Positions 1 to 10,861 of a DNA stretch of 64,000 nucleotides are shown here, piece by piece. The stretch covers positions 832,001 to 896,000 of the forward strand of contig CAWKDB010000002.1 of assembly GCA_963848295.1 (NCBI GenBank), given 5' to 3'. The position numbers and the translations under genes were made by a program. How positions within the stretch are numbered: position 1 is the stretch's first letter; each line of letters opens with the position of its first letter. The DNA comes from an uncultured delta proteobacterium. GTDB lineage: Bacteria > Myxococcota_A > Polyangia > Haliangiales > Haliangiaceae. Under the pieces are notes generated by a model. That model saw only the letters and a list, made by a program, of their open reading frames with translations. It searched no databases and had not been told where the DNA came from.

Positions 1-552
1 GCCGTCCTGGGTGACGAGCAGGTTCGACGGCGAGATGTCGAGGTGGACGATCTCGAGCGGCTCGTCGGCGAGCTCCGAGCCCTCGGCGCCGCGCTTCGCG
101 TGGAAGTAGCCCAAGCCGGCCGCGGCTTGGCGGATGAGCTCGACCGCGTGCTCGAGCGGCAAGAACCGGCCTTGCGCGATGCCGCGCCGGCACAGCTCGT
201 TGAGCTCTTCGCCGATGATGTACTCCATCGCGATGTAGGGGATGCCGTCGTGCTCGATCGACGTCGTAGACGTGGACGATGTTCGGATGGTTGAGCTGGG
301 CGCCGATCTTCGCTTCGTCGAGGAACATCTCGACGACCCGCGGATCGTCGGCGAGCTCGGCGCGCAGCCGCTTGATCACGACCTGCTTCTCGAACCCGGC
401 CGGCGATCCCGCGGGGCGGCCAGTGCCCGCCCCGCTCCAGCTCGGGTCTTGGCGCGCGAGATAGATCTCGGCCATGCCGCCGACGGCGAGCCGGCGTAAC
501 AGCGTGTAGCGCCCGCCGAACGGCGTCGGCTCGAGGTCGGCGGTCTTGTGCC

Positions 553-556
<4 letters not shown>
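1..556 (-). CDS. Ser/Thr protein kinase, N-terminal part (runs off the left edge); apparent +1 frameshift near 257
   Basis: Manual translation from ATG 556: LAVGGMAEIYLA, VVIKRL, MFLDEAKIGAQLNHPNIVHVYDV; after a one-base shift EHDGIPYIAMEYI...IVHLDISPSNLLV. The ATG overlaps the stop of the deacetylase (ATGA). Confidence 0.85.
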
Positions 557-1613
<1,057 letters not shown>

Positions 1614-1617
<4 letters not shown>

Positions 1618-2615
1618 TCGCGTTCCGCACCCACGCGGCGAGACAGCAGCATCGTCAGCGCGTCACGCACCGGCATGCCCTCGTGGATGATGCGGTACAT
1701 CGCGTCGATGATCGGCACTTCGACGGCGAGCTTGCGGCCGAGCTCGTGCGCGACCCTCGCGGTCTTCACGCCCTCGGCGACCTGCGTCGCCTCCGCGAGG
1801 ATCTGCGCCATCGGCTTGCCGGCGCCGAGCGCGAGCCCGACGCGGCGGTTGCGCGACGCATCGCCCGAGCACGTGAGCACGAGGTCGCCCATCCCGGATA
1901 GACCGGCGAACGTCAGCGGATCGGCGCCGAGCGCGACCCCCATCCGCGTGATCTCGGCCAGCCCGCGCGTGATCAGCGCGACTCGCGTGTTCGAGCCGAA
2001 GCCGAGGCCGTCGGAGATCCCGGCGCCGATCGCGATCACGTTCTTGAGCGCGCCGCCGACGAGCACGCCGGTCACGTCGTGGGTCGTGTAGATCCGGAAG
2101 TGCAGCGAGCGCAGCGCGTCTTGCGCATCCGAGGTCGTCGTGGGATCGCGACCGGCGAGCACGATCGCCGCCGGCATGCCCGCGGCGATCTCGCCGGCGA
2201 ACGTCGGCCCCGACAGGAACGTCGCGCGTTCCGCGATCCACGGCGGAAAGATCTCGGCATAGACGCGATCGATCGTCGCGTGACTGCCCTCCTCGAGCCC
2301 TTTGCTCGCGTTGATCACGATCGCGTCGCGCTCGATCCATGCCGCGGCGATGCCGAGCACATCGCGGATGCCATGCGACGGCGTCACGCCGACGATGAAC
2401 CGCCGGCCGCGCACCGCGTGCTCGAGATCCGCGGTGACCGAGACGTTGTCGGGCAGCCGGTGACCGGGCAGATACGACGTCTCGCGCGCGGCCTGCATCG
2501 CTGCGGCGACCTCGGGCTTGCGGCAGTAGAACGTGACGCGGTGGCCGACGCGCGCGAAGCAGATCGCGAGGCACGTCCCGTAGCTGCCGGCGCCGATGAC
2601 CGCGATGTCCTCCAC
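1614..2615 (-). CDS. gpsA: NAD(P)H-dependent glycerol-3-phosphate dehydrogenase
   Basis: VIGAGSYG, SKGLE, LSGPTFA, GALKNVIAI, GDLVLTC, SRNRRVG; GTG start chosen at 2615. Confidence 0.95.
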
Positions 2616-2636
2616 GGGAGCGGAACGTAACACGGC

Positions 2637-2737
2637 CGCAAGGTGACAAAAGAGACAGCGTCCCCCGCGCATCGCCTTGGGGATCAGCGATTTGCGCCGC
2701 ACGCGCCGCGGCGCAAGGTGACAAAAGAGACAGCGTC
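2637..2737. repeat. Two identical 26-bp direct repeats (2637-2662, 2712-2737) separated by 49 bp
   Basis: CGCAAGGTGACAAAAGAGACAGCGTC occurs twice in the gpsA/DGC intergenic region. Confidence 0.9.
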
Positions 2738-2739
2738 AC

Positions 2740-3822
2740 CTACGCCGGGGTCGCGGCGATGACTTCGGTGGCTAGCGCGACGCGGTTACGACCGGCGCGC
2801 TTCGCGGCGTAGAGCGCGGCGTCGGCGGCGCGGACCAGCGTTTCGGCATCGGCGCCATCTTCGGGGAAGGTCGCGACGCCGATCGAGACGGACAGCTTGT
2901 TCGTGCGAGCGCGCGCGGAGGCCGGCGCGCCGGGGTCCGAGAAGTCATGTGCCGCGACGCGCTCGCGGACGCGCTCGGCGACCTTCGCGGCGGTGAACTT
3001 GGCGGTGTCGACGAGGATGACCGCGAACTCCTCGCCGCCATAGCGCGCGACGACGTCATTCGCCCGGCGCGTGTCGCCGAGCACGCGCGACAGCTGGCGC
3101 AGCACCTCGTCGCCGGCGGGGTGGCCGTAGCTGTCGTTGAACTGCTTGAAGAAATCGACATCGAGCATGAGCAACGACAGCGGCAGCCCGCTGCGCTGAC
3201 TGCGCTCGACCTCGAGCGCGATCCGCTCGTGGAAGTGGCGGTGGTTGTACAAGCCGGTCAGGCCGTCGGTGACCGCGAGCTGCGCGAGCCGGGTGTTCGC
3301 CTCGGCGAGCTCGTGCGTGCGCTCGTGGATCTTCGCTTCGAGCTCGCGGTTCATCTCGAGCAACGCCTGATTCTTCGACGACAGCGACGCGATCAGCTGG
3401 CGATTCTCGTTCGCGAGCCGGTACTGGCGGAGCAGGCTCTCGACCGCGAGCAGCAGCGCGGTCTCGTCCCACGGCTTCGCGATGTACTGGTTCAAGTGCG
3501 CGCGGTTGATCGCATCGATCACCGCATCGAGGCCGGCCTGCCCGGTCAACAGGATCTTCGTGGTCGAGGGCAGCCTGCGATCGACGATCTCGAGCAGCTC
3601 GACGCCCTTCATGCCGGGCATGATCTGATCGGCGATCACGATCGCGATCTGCTCGTCGTCGCGCGCGAGCTCGTCGAACAGCGCGACCGCCTCGTCGCCC
3701 GATCGCGCGGTCAAGATCTGGCACTCGTGACCGAACCGCGCTCCGAGCTGGGCGCGCAGCACGCGCAGCACGCCCTCCTCGTCGTCGACGCAGACCACGA
3801 CCTCTTTGCGTGCGACGGCCAC
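2740..3822 (-). CDS. Response-regulator diguanylate cyclase (REC-coiled coil-GGDEF)
   Basis: VDDE...ADQIMPGMKG...LLTG receiver; TDGLTGLYN, DVDFFKQFNDSYGH, RxxD I-site (RAND), GGEEF; GTG start overlaps the kinase stop. Confidence 0.93.
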   Translation of the reverse strand: MAVARKEVVVCVDDEEGVLRVLRAQLGARFGHECQILTARSGDEAVALFDELARDDEQIAIVIADQIMPGMKGVELLEIVDRRLPSTTKILLTGQAGLDAVIDAINRAHLNQYIAKPWDETALLLAVESLLRQYRLANENRQLIASLSSKNQALLEMNRELEAKIHERTHELAEANTRLAQLAVTDGLTGLYNHRHFHERIALEVERSQRSGLPLSLLMLDVDFFKQFNDSYGHPAGDEVLRQLSRVLGDTRRANDVVARYGGEEFAVILVDTAKFTAAKVAERVRERVAAHDFSDPGAPASARARTNKLSVSIGVATFPEDGADAETLVRAADAALYAAKRAGRNRVALATEVIAATPA

Positions 3823-6549
3823 TAGCGCGCGCTCACCGGCAAGCGAACCTCGAAGCACGTCCGGCCCGGGCGCGATTCGCAGCGCAGCTCGCCGCCGTGC
3901 TTCGCGACGATCTGGCGCGCGATGCCCAAGCCGAGGCCGGTGCCTTCGCCTTTCGGCTTGGTCGTGAAGAACGGCTCGAAGATCCGGGGCAGCGCATCCG
4001 CGGGCACGCCCGGTCCGTCATCGATCACGCGCACGACCGCGGCATCACCCTCGAGCGTCGTCTCGATCGCGATCGAGCCCTTCCCCGCGAGCGCCTGCTG
4101 CGCGTTCTGGATCAGATTCGTCCACACCTGGTTGAGCTCGTCGACAAACACCGGCACGTGCGGCAGCGCACCGTAGCGGCGCTCGACGACGATATCACGC
4201 AGCGCGTGATGCAGCAGCGCGAGCGTGGTCTCGAGCCCGTCGTGCAGATCTGCCTCGATCCGGGTCGGCTCCTGGTCGAGGTGCGAGTACGCCTTGAGCG
4301 CACCTACGATGCGCTGGATCTGGCCGATCGCGTGACGCACGGTCGAGGTCGTGCGCTGCAGGTAGACGTGATCGGTGAGCGCGGCGACGACCTTCGGCGC
4401 GAGTGCACGCTCTGGCCCGAGGGCCGCGAGCAGGGCGTTGGCATCGGCGACCGTCGCTCCGAGATCCGCGAGCTCCGAAGCGATCGCCATCGGCTCGGCG
4501 AGCGGAGCGAGCACGCCGGCCAGCTCGCGCGCCGCTTTGCGCGCATCGAGGCCGGACGGCAGCGGGTGCTCGGCGAGCACCGGCGAAGCCGACGCGATGT
4601 AGTCCGCGATCACGCGCGCCTGCGCCGGGTCGTCGGCCGCGTCGGCGAGGTCGCCGCCGTGGCGAGCGACGCGCGCGAGGGACGCGGCGAGGCCGTCGAT
4701 CGACCCGCGGATCGCCGCGGTCGGCGAGTTGACCTCGTGCGCGACGCCGGCGACGAGCAGCCCCAAGCCGGCCATGCGCTCTGACAGCACGAGCTGCGCC
4801 TGGGTCTCGCGCAGGTCGGCGAGCGCCCTGCCGAGCTCGGAGTTGATCGCGGTGAGCTCGGAGGTGCGCAGCCGAACCTTCTTCTCGAGCTCTTCGCTCG
4901 CCCCGCGCACCTCCTGGTAGAGCGCCGCGTTCTCGACCGCAGCCCCGGCTTGATCCGCGAAGGTCGTGAGCAAGTTCAGCTCGGCCTCGGAGAACTCGCG
5001 CGCATCCTCGCCGCGCGCGACCGCGAGCACGCCGACGACGCGCGCCTTGCGATCGAGCGGCAGCGCGACGAGCGGGCCGAGCGCACCCGCGGCGATCGCG
5101 GCCGCGCCGTACACCGGATCATCCGCCGCATGCTGGAGTCGCAGCGGCTCGCGCCGGTCTAGCACGTGCTGGGCGATCGGGCGCAACGCATCGGCCACCG
5201 CGAGCGCTTCATCGGCGGCGAGCGCGGTCGAGACGTCGGCGCGCCGAGCGCGAGCCGCCGACGCACGCAACTGGCCGAGCTCGACGAGCCACAACGCGAC
5301 GACCCGAACATCGAACGTGCGTGCGACCGCATCGACGATCTTGCGCGACACCTGATCGAGATCGATGACCGACGACACCGCGCGACCCGCGTCGTGCAAC
5401 GCCACGATCTCGCGCATGCGAGCCGCGAGCCGCGCCTGGTTATCCTTCAGCGTCGACGTCATCTGATTGAACGCGGTCGCGAGGTCAGTGAGCTCGTCAC
5501 CGCCGGGAATGTCGATCCGATGATCGAGATCGCCGCGCGACACCGCCGTCGCACCGCGGTGCAGCCGGGCGATCGGCGCGCCGAGTCGCCGCGACCAGAT
5601 CAACGCCAGGCCGAGCGCGAACGCGATCGCCGCGGCGCCGCCGATCGCGAGCGAGCGGACCGCGAGCGCCTTCGTCGCATCGAGCGAGCTGCGATCGACC
5701 GCGACCGCGACGATGCCGACCGGGGTGCTGCGGTGATCGAGCAACGCGGTCGCCGCGAGCGCGTAGCGTCCGGTCACGGTCGAGATCGGGTGGATCACGC
5801 GCTGCCCGCGCAGCACCGTCGCGACGTCCGCTTGCGGGAGCACCAGCGCATCGGCGCGCCGGCCGAGGTTCGAGCGAAACGTCACCGCGAGCTGGCCGCT
5901 GACACCGCCGATCAGGACATCCGCGGACAGCGCGCCTTTGATGCCGTCGGCGAACTCGCCGTCGAGTGGAGTCGACAACACCGCGATGCCGCGCAGCGCG
6001 AGCTGGCTGTCGACGATCGGCGATACCGCGCGGACGACGACGCGATCGCCGACCGCGACGAACTTCACGTCGCGCCCCCAGTTCTGCGCCGACGCGACCT
6101 CGGGATCGCCGGGTGGGGCAGCGAGGCCCTCGAACCGCGCGTCGTTGCCGCCGATCACGCGATCGAACAACGGCTGGCCGTTCGCGTCGAGCATCTGCAG
6201 CCGCGCCGATGGCGCGTGGACCGACGCGTGGGCGAACCAGGCGTCGAGCGCGGGCTCGCCGCCGCCGAGCGCCGCGACGAGATCGCTGCTCTCCGATAGC
6301 TGGACGGTCTCGTCGCCGATGCGTTCGACCGCGCGCAGGATCAAGTTGAGCCCGACCGTGAGCTGGCGATCGGCGTCGTCGCGCAGCCGAGTCTCGAGGC
6401 TCGACAAGATCACGCCGGTCGCGATCGACGCGACGATCCCGACCGGCACGAGCGCGGCGAACCCGATCGCCAAGATCAGCTTCGTGCGTAACCGCAGCCG
6501 GCAACAGGCGGCGCCCGAGCTCGGAGCGACGGGCCTGCGCCTCGCTCAC
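3822..6549 (-). CDS. Membrane sensor histidine kinase (periplasmic sensor, HAMP, GAF, HisKA, HATPase); apparent +1 frameshift near 6500
   Basis: Two TM segments, DELTDLATAFNQM HAMP, GVAHEVNSP H-box, NLIQNA, DDGPG, FFTTK, GTGLGL. The ORF track starts at 6473, inside the first TM helix; removing one C near 6500 joins it to GTG 6549, which overlaps the upstream stop. Confidence 0.88.
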
Positions 6550-8126
6550 CGCGCCTCCACCCGCCGGATCAACGAGTAGACCGGATGCCCGGTTGGCGAC
6601 AACACGACATCGGTCAGCTCGGCACGGCCGGCGACGACGAGCTCGCTGTGCGCGATCGGCACCCACGGCGCGTCGGTCGCGAGCTGATCCTGGACCGCGG
6701 CGTACAACCCCTTGCGCGTCGGCTGATCGGCGGCGGCTTGCGCATCGAGCAGCATGCGATCGACGAGCGGATCGCGATAGAACGCGACGTTCTGCGCCGA
6801 GCCAGCGACCGCGTTGTCGGAATCGAACAACACGTAGAGAAAGTTGTCGGGATCGCCGGTGTCCGCGATCCATCCGAACACGCACAGGTCGTCCTCGCCG
6901 GCTTCGCACGACGCGCGGTGTCGCGCGTAGGGCTGGAGCACGAGCTCGGTATGGATCCCCGCTTGCTCGAGTCCAGCCTGGATGAACCGCGCGACGCGCT
7001 CCGGCTGCGGCAGATACAAACGCGGCGTCGACGGCGCGTAGAGCTTGTACGTCGCCTTCGGATCGAACGCGTGATCGGCGGCCGCTTGCGCGAGCAACCG
7101 GCGCGCCGCGATCGGATCGTAGGTGTAGCGCGCGGCCGACTCGTGGTAGGCCCAGTCGGTCGGCGGCAGCGGCCCGTCCGCCGCGATCGCGCGGCCCTGG
7201 TACGCGAGCTTGACGATCGGTTCTTTGTTGATCGCGAAGTTCGCCGCTCGGCGCACGCGCACGTCGTCGAACGGCGGATGCCGCGTATTGAGCGCGAGGT
7301 ACGTGACGTCGTTGCCCGCGGTGTGGTGCAACACGAGATCGGGGTGGAGCTCGACGAACGGTTGCTCGTCCGGCAAGATCGCGGTCGCGAGATCGACCGA
7401 GCCCGACTCGAGATCGATCAGCCGCTGGCGTGCATCGACGACGACCTGGAACACGACGCGCTCGAGCCACGGCCGCGGGCCCCAATAGCCGTCGAACCGA
7501 TGGACCACGACACTCTCGCCCCGATTCCACGCCTCGAGCTCGAACGCGCCGGTGCCGACCGGATGGAGCGCGAAGTCATCACCCCACGTCGCGACCGCAG
7601 CCGGCGACACGATCGGAAACAGCGCGAGCTCGCCGAGCAGCGGCGCATAGGGCCGATTGACATGGATCTCGACCGTCGTCGGGCCGGCCGCGGCGACCTG
7701 GACGATGTCCTTCAATAGCGAACGCCAGTAGGCGCCGGCGCTGCCGAGGTACTGCGGATGCTTCGGATCGAGCAGCCGCTCGAACGAGAACACGACGGCA
7801 TCGGCGGTGAGCGGCGTGTGGTCGTGGAACATCACGTTCGCCCGCAGCTGGAACGTCCACGTCTTGCCGTCGCTCGAGATCTGCCAGCTCGTCGCGAGCC
7901 GTGGCTCGATCTCGGTGGTCCCGGGCTTCCATCCGACGAGCCCTTCGAACAGCAACTCGCCGACCTCGATCGACTCGCTGTCGGTGACGCGCGCGGGATC
8001 GAGCGCGATGACATCGGCGGCCTTCGCGACGATCAGCGTGCCCGGGTCCCGCTGCGTCCGCCAATTCGCGCGGGCAGCGTCGCAGCCCAACGCCGCGATC
8101 AGACCGAGCCCCACGAGAGCGCGCAC
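6546..8126 (-). CDS. ABC transporter substrate-binding protein, family 5 (DppA-like), probable lipoprotein
   Basis: ALGC lipobox-like, LFEGLV, LATSWQISSDGKTWTFQLR, PVGTGAF, PFDDVRVRRA. Confidence 0.93.
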   Translation of the reverse strand: MRALVGLGLIAALGCDAARANWRTQRDPGTLIVAKAADVIALDPARVTDSESIEVGELLFEGLVGWKPGTTEIEPRLATSWQISSDGKTWTFQLRANVMFHDHTPLTADAVVFSFERLLDPKHPQYLGSAGAYWRSLLKDIVQVAAAGPTTVEIHVNRPYAPLLGELALFPIVSPAAVATWGDDFALHPVGTGAFELEAWNRGESVVVHRFDGYWGPRPWLERVVFQVVVDARQRLIDLESGSVDLATAILPDEQPFVELHPDLVLHHTAGNDVTYLALNTRHPPFDDVRVRRAANFAINKEPIVKLAYQGRAIAADGPLPPTDWAYHESAARYTYDPIAARRLLAQAAADHAFDPKATYKLYAPSTPRLYLPQPERVARFIQAGLEQAGIHTELVLQPYARHRASCEAGEDDLCVFGWIADTGDPDNFLYVLFDSDNAVAGSAQNVAFYRDPLVDRMLLDAQAAADQPTRKGLYAAVQDQLATDAPWVPIAHSELVVAGRAELTDVVLSPTGHPVYSLIRRVEAR

Positions 8127-8132
8127 GGCTTA

Positions 8133-8172
8133 CGCTAGCACGCGGTATCTGCGCGATGACCGCGTGCTAACG
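8133..8172. promoter_or_regulatory. Inverted repeat in the divergent SBP/TatT intergenic region, overlapping a putative extended -10
   Basis: TAGCACGCGGT (8136-8146) and ACCGCGTGCTA (8159-8169); minus-strand TGcTAGCGT lies 5 nt before GTG 8126. Confidence 0.5.
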
Positions 8173-8283
8173 GTCCATGGGGTCGATTGACTCTCGGCTT
8201 TCGCTGACTTAGCGTCCCCCCATCGCGGATGTCGTCGCGATGAATCGCTACGTACGCACTACGTCTCAAGGGAGCCGCCCGAC

Positions 8284-9213
8284 ATGCAGCATCGCCTCGC
8301 CGTCTTCTCCGCAACGCTCGCGCTCGCCTTGGTCACGACCGGATGCGACATCGGCAAGATCACGGTCAACACGACCGCGAAGGTGCTGTTGCGCGCTCAG
8401 CCGTCGCTCCAGATGGAGTCCGATTACCAGCTCGCGCACGACGCGATCCCGGGCGCGCTCAAGACGGTCGAAGGATTCTGGGTCGTCTCCCCGGATAACG
8501 ACAACCTCATCCACATCCTCACCGAGGGCTATTGCCAGTACGGCACGGCGTTCGTCGACGACGACTGGGAGGCCGCGAAGTTCGCGAAGGACCTTGACCA
8601 GGTCGACTACCACAACGCGCGCGCGACGCAGATCTACACGCGCTGCCTCAACTACGCGCTCAAGTCACTGGGCTCGCGCTGGCAGAAAGAGCTGTTCGGC
8701 ACGTCGGACGTCGTAGCGAAGCTGATCAGCGACACCGGCGAGGACGACCGAACGCCGATGATGTGGGCCGCGCTCGCGCTCGGCTCGATCGTCAACCACA
8801 ACTTGAGCCGGCCGGAGATCCTCGCCTACTTACCGACCGTACAGCTGATGCTGAATCGGGTCGTGGCGCTCGACGCGAAGGATCCGCCGAGCGACGCCCA
8901 GCTAGCGGCGCTGCCGCACCTCGCGCTCGGCATGATCTTTTCGGCCGCGAGCCAGCAGTTCGGCGGCGATCCGAAGCGCGCGACCGAAGAGTTCCAGACC
9001 GCGCTCAAGCTCACCGGCGACAAGATGCTGCTCGCCCGCACGCTGTGGGGGTACAAGGTCGGGCTGCAGACCAACGACCGCAAGCTGTTCCACGAACAGC
9101 TCGTCAAGGTGCTCGAGACTCCCGGCTCGATCTGGCCGGAGCAACGTCTCGCGAATGAAGTCGCCCACCGTCGGGCACGCCGGTACCTCTCGCACGAGAA
9201 GGAGCTCTTCTGA
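8284..9213 (+). CDS. TRAP transporter TatT component (TPAT T-component) lipoprotein
   Basis: VTTGC lipobox, helical protein, GGDPKRA...F..AL, LANEVAHRRARRYL C-terminus typical of TatT; directly upstream of DctP. Confidence 0.8.
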   Translation: MQHRLAVFSATLALALVTTGCDIGKITVNTTAKVLLRAQPSLQMESDYQLAHDAIPGALKTVEGFWVVSPDNDNLIHILTEGYCQYGTAFVDDDWEAAKFAKDLDQVDYHNARATQIYTRCLNYALKSLGSRWQKELFGTSDVVAKLISDTGEDDRTPMMWAALALGSIVNHNLSRPEILAYLPTVQLMLNRVVALDAKDPPSDAQLAALPHLALGMIFSAASQQFGGDPKRATEEFQTALKLTGDKMLLARTLWGYKVGLQTNDRKLFHEQLVKVLETPGSIWPEQRLANEVAHRRARRYLSHEKELF

Positions 9214-10220
9214 TGATCAAGCCTACCCTAGTCACGCTCACCGCGGCCCTGGCACTCGCGTCGGTTCGTCCGGCGCACGCGGATGGGATCGAGCTTCGCA
9301 TCGCGAGCCTCGCGCCCGAGAACAGCCCGTGGATGGACGTCCTCGATAAGGCGGCCGCCGAGATCAAAGACAAGACCAACGGGCGCGTCACGTTCAGGTA
9401 TTACCCGGGCGGCCAGCAGGGCGACGAGCGTGACTTCGTCAAGAAGATCAACCTCGGCCAGCTCGACGGCGCCGCGGTCACCGCGGTCGGTCTCGCGATG
9501 ATCGACGAGTCGATCCGCGTGCTCGAGCTGCCGATGATGTTCAAGAGCGTCGACGAGCTCGACTATGTCGCCGACAAGATGTGGCCCTACTTCCAGAAGA
9601 AGTTCGAAAAGAAAGGCTTCCGGCTCAACGATCGCGGCGAGGTCGGCTGGGTCTACTTCATGTCGAAGAACAAGATCGAGTCGATCAACGACTTGAAGGG
9701 CCAGAAGCTGTGGCTGTGGGGCGACGACCGCCTCGTCACGGCGATGTTCAAGAAGCTGAACCTCAACGGCGTACCGCTCGGCGTGCCCGAGGTCGACGCC
9801 GGCCTCACCACCGGCCGCATCAACGCGTGCTACGGCTCGCCCGTCGCGGCGGTCGCGCTGCAGTGGTACACGAAGATCAAATACATGACGTCGATGCCGA
9901 TGAGCTTCGCGATCGGCGCGACCGTGATCTCGCTCAAGTCGTATCAGAAGCTGTCACCCGAGGACGCCAAGACCGTCGAAGCGATCGGCGCGTCGTCGAG
10001 CCGCAGGCTGCGCAGGACGATCCGCAAGGCGAACGAGGACTCGAAGGACACGATGACGCGCAAGGGCGTGACCGTCGTGCAGACGCCGGTCGCGATGGTC
10101 GACGAGTTCACGAAGGCCTCGCAACAAGCCTGGAAGGAACTGGTCGGCAAGGTGTACTCGCAGGAAGAGCTCGACATGGTGCTCAAGTATCGCGACGAGT
10201 ACCGCGCGAAGCACAATTAG
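9213..10220 (+). CDS. dctP: TRAP transporter substrate-binding protein (DctP/TatP)
   Basis: Signal peptide, IASLAPENSPW, TNGRV.F..YPGGQQGDE, GQLDGAA. Confidence 0.92.
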   Translation: MIKPTLVTLTAALALASVRPAHADGIELRIASLAPENSPWMDVLDKAAAEIKDKTNGRVTFRYYPGGQQGDERDFVKKINLGQLDGAAVTAVGLAMIDESIRVLELPMMFKSVDELDYVADKMWPYFQKKFEKKGFRLNDRGEVGWVYFMSKNKIESINDLKGQKLWLWGDDRLVTAMFKKLNLNGVPLGVPEVDAGLTTGRINACYGSPVAAVALQWYTKIKYMTSMPMSFAIGATVISLKSYQKLSPEDAKTVEAIGASSSRRLRRTIRKANEDSKDTMTRKGVTVVQTPVAMVDEFTKASQQAWKELVGKVYSQEELDMVLKYRDEYRAKHN

Positions 10221-10246
10221 CCTTCAAGTCGGTCTACCATCGGCCA

Positions 10247-10861
10247 GTGCAAGAGCCACCGGACGAACCAGCGGCGAGGGCGAGCCAGGTAAGCCTCGAC
10301 GCCCCTGACCTCTATCCCGACGATGGGCCGTTCGCGACCCGGCTGCGCAAGCTCAACAGCGCGCTCGGCTTGTTCGAGCAAGCGGTGCTCGCCGCGTTGC
10401 TCGCGACGATCGTCCTCACCGAGGGTGGGTCGGCGATTCAATCGCTGATCACCGGACGTGGCTTCGAGATGTGGCACAACAACCTGGTCCGCGCGTGCAC
10501 CGTCGCGATCGCGATGTTCGGCGCGGCGATGGCGAGCGCCCAGCAGCGTCACCTGTCGATGGATCTGGTGTCGCGCCGGCTCGCGCCGCGCGCGCGGTTA
10601 TTCCTGCGCGTCGGCCTGCTCGCGTTCACGATCGCGCTCGCCGGCCTGCTCGCGAGAGCCGCGCTCAACCAGCACGGCACCGATGACATGCCGGCCGACG
10701 CGTCGTGGCTCGGCATGCTGACCGCTCTACCGACGGTCGATATCGTCGTGATGCTCGGCGCGCTGCTCATCGTCGCGCACAGCGCGATTCAGCTCGCGAT
10801 CGATGTCGACTACATCGCGCGCCACAAGCTTCCGCCCGAGCGGATGAGGTCGGGGCACTGA
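10247..10861 (+). CDS. dctQ: TRAP transporter small permease
   Basis: About four hydrophobic segments, GAAMASAQQRHLSMDLV signature; lies between dctP and dctM. Confidence 0.85.
   Translation: MQEPPDEPAARASQVSLDAPDLYPDDGPFATRLRKLNSALGLFEQAVLAALLATIVLTEGGSAIQSLITGRGFEMWHNNLVRACTVAIAMFGAAMASAQQRHLSMDLVSRRLAPRARLFLRVGLLAFTIALAGLLARAALNQHGTDDMPADASWLGMLTALPTVDIVVMLGALLIVAHSAIQLAIDVDYIARHKLPPERMRSGH

Noticed and set aside
2637..2737. Repeat-spacer-repeat as a mini CRISPR array
   Set aside because: Only two repeats, a 49-bp spacer, no cas genes or leader in the window.
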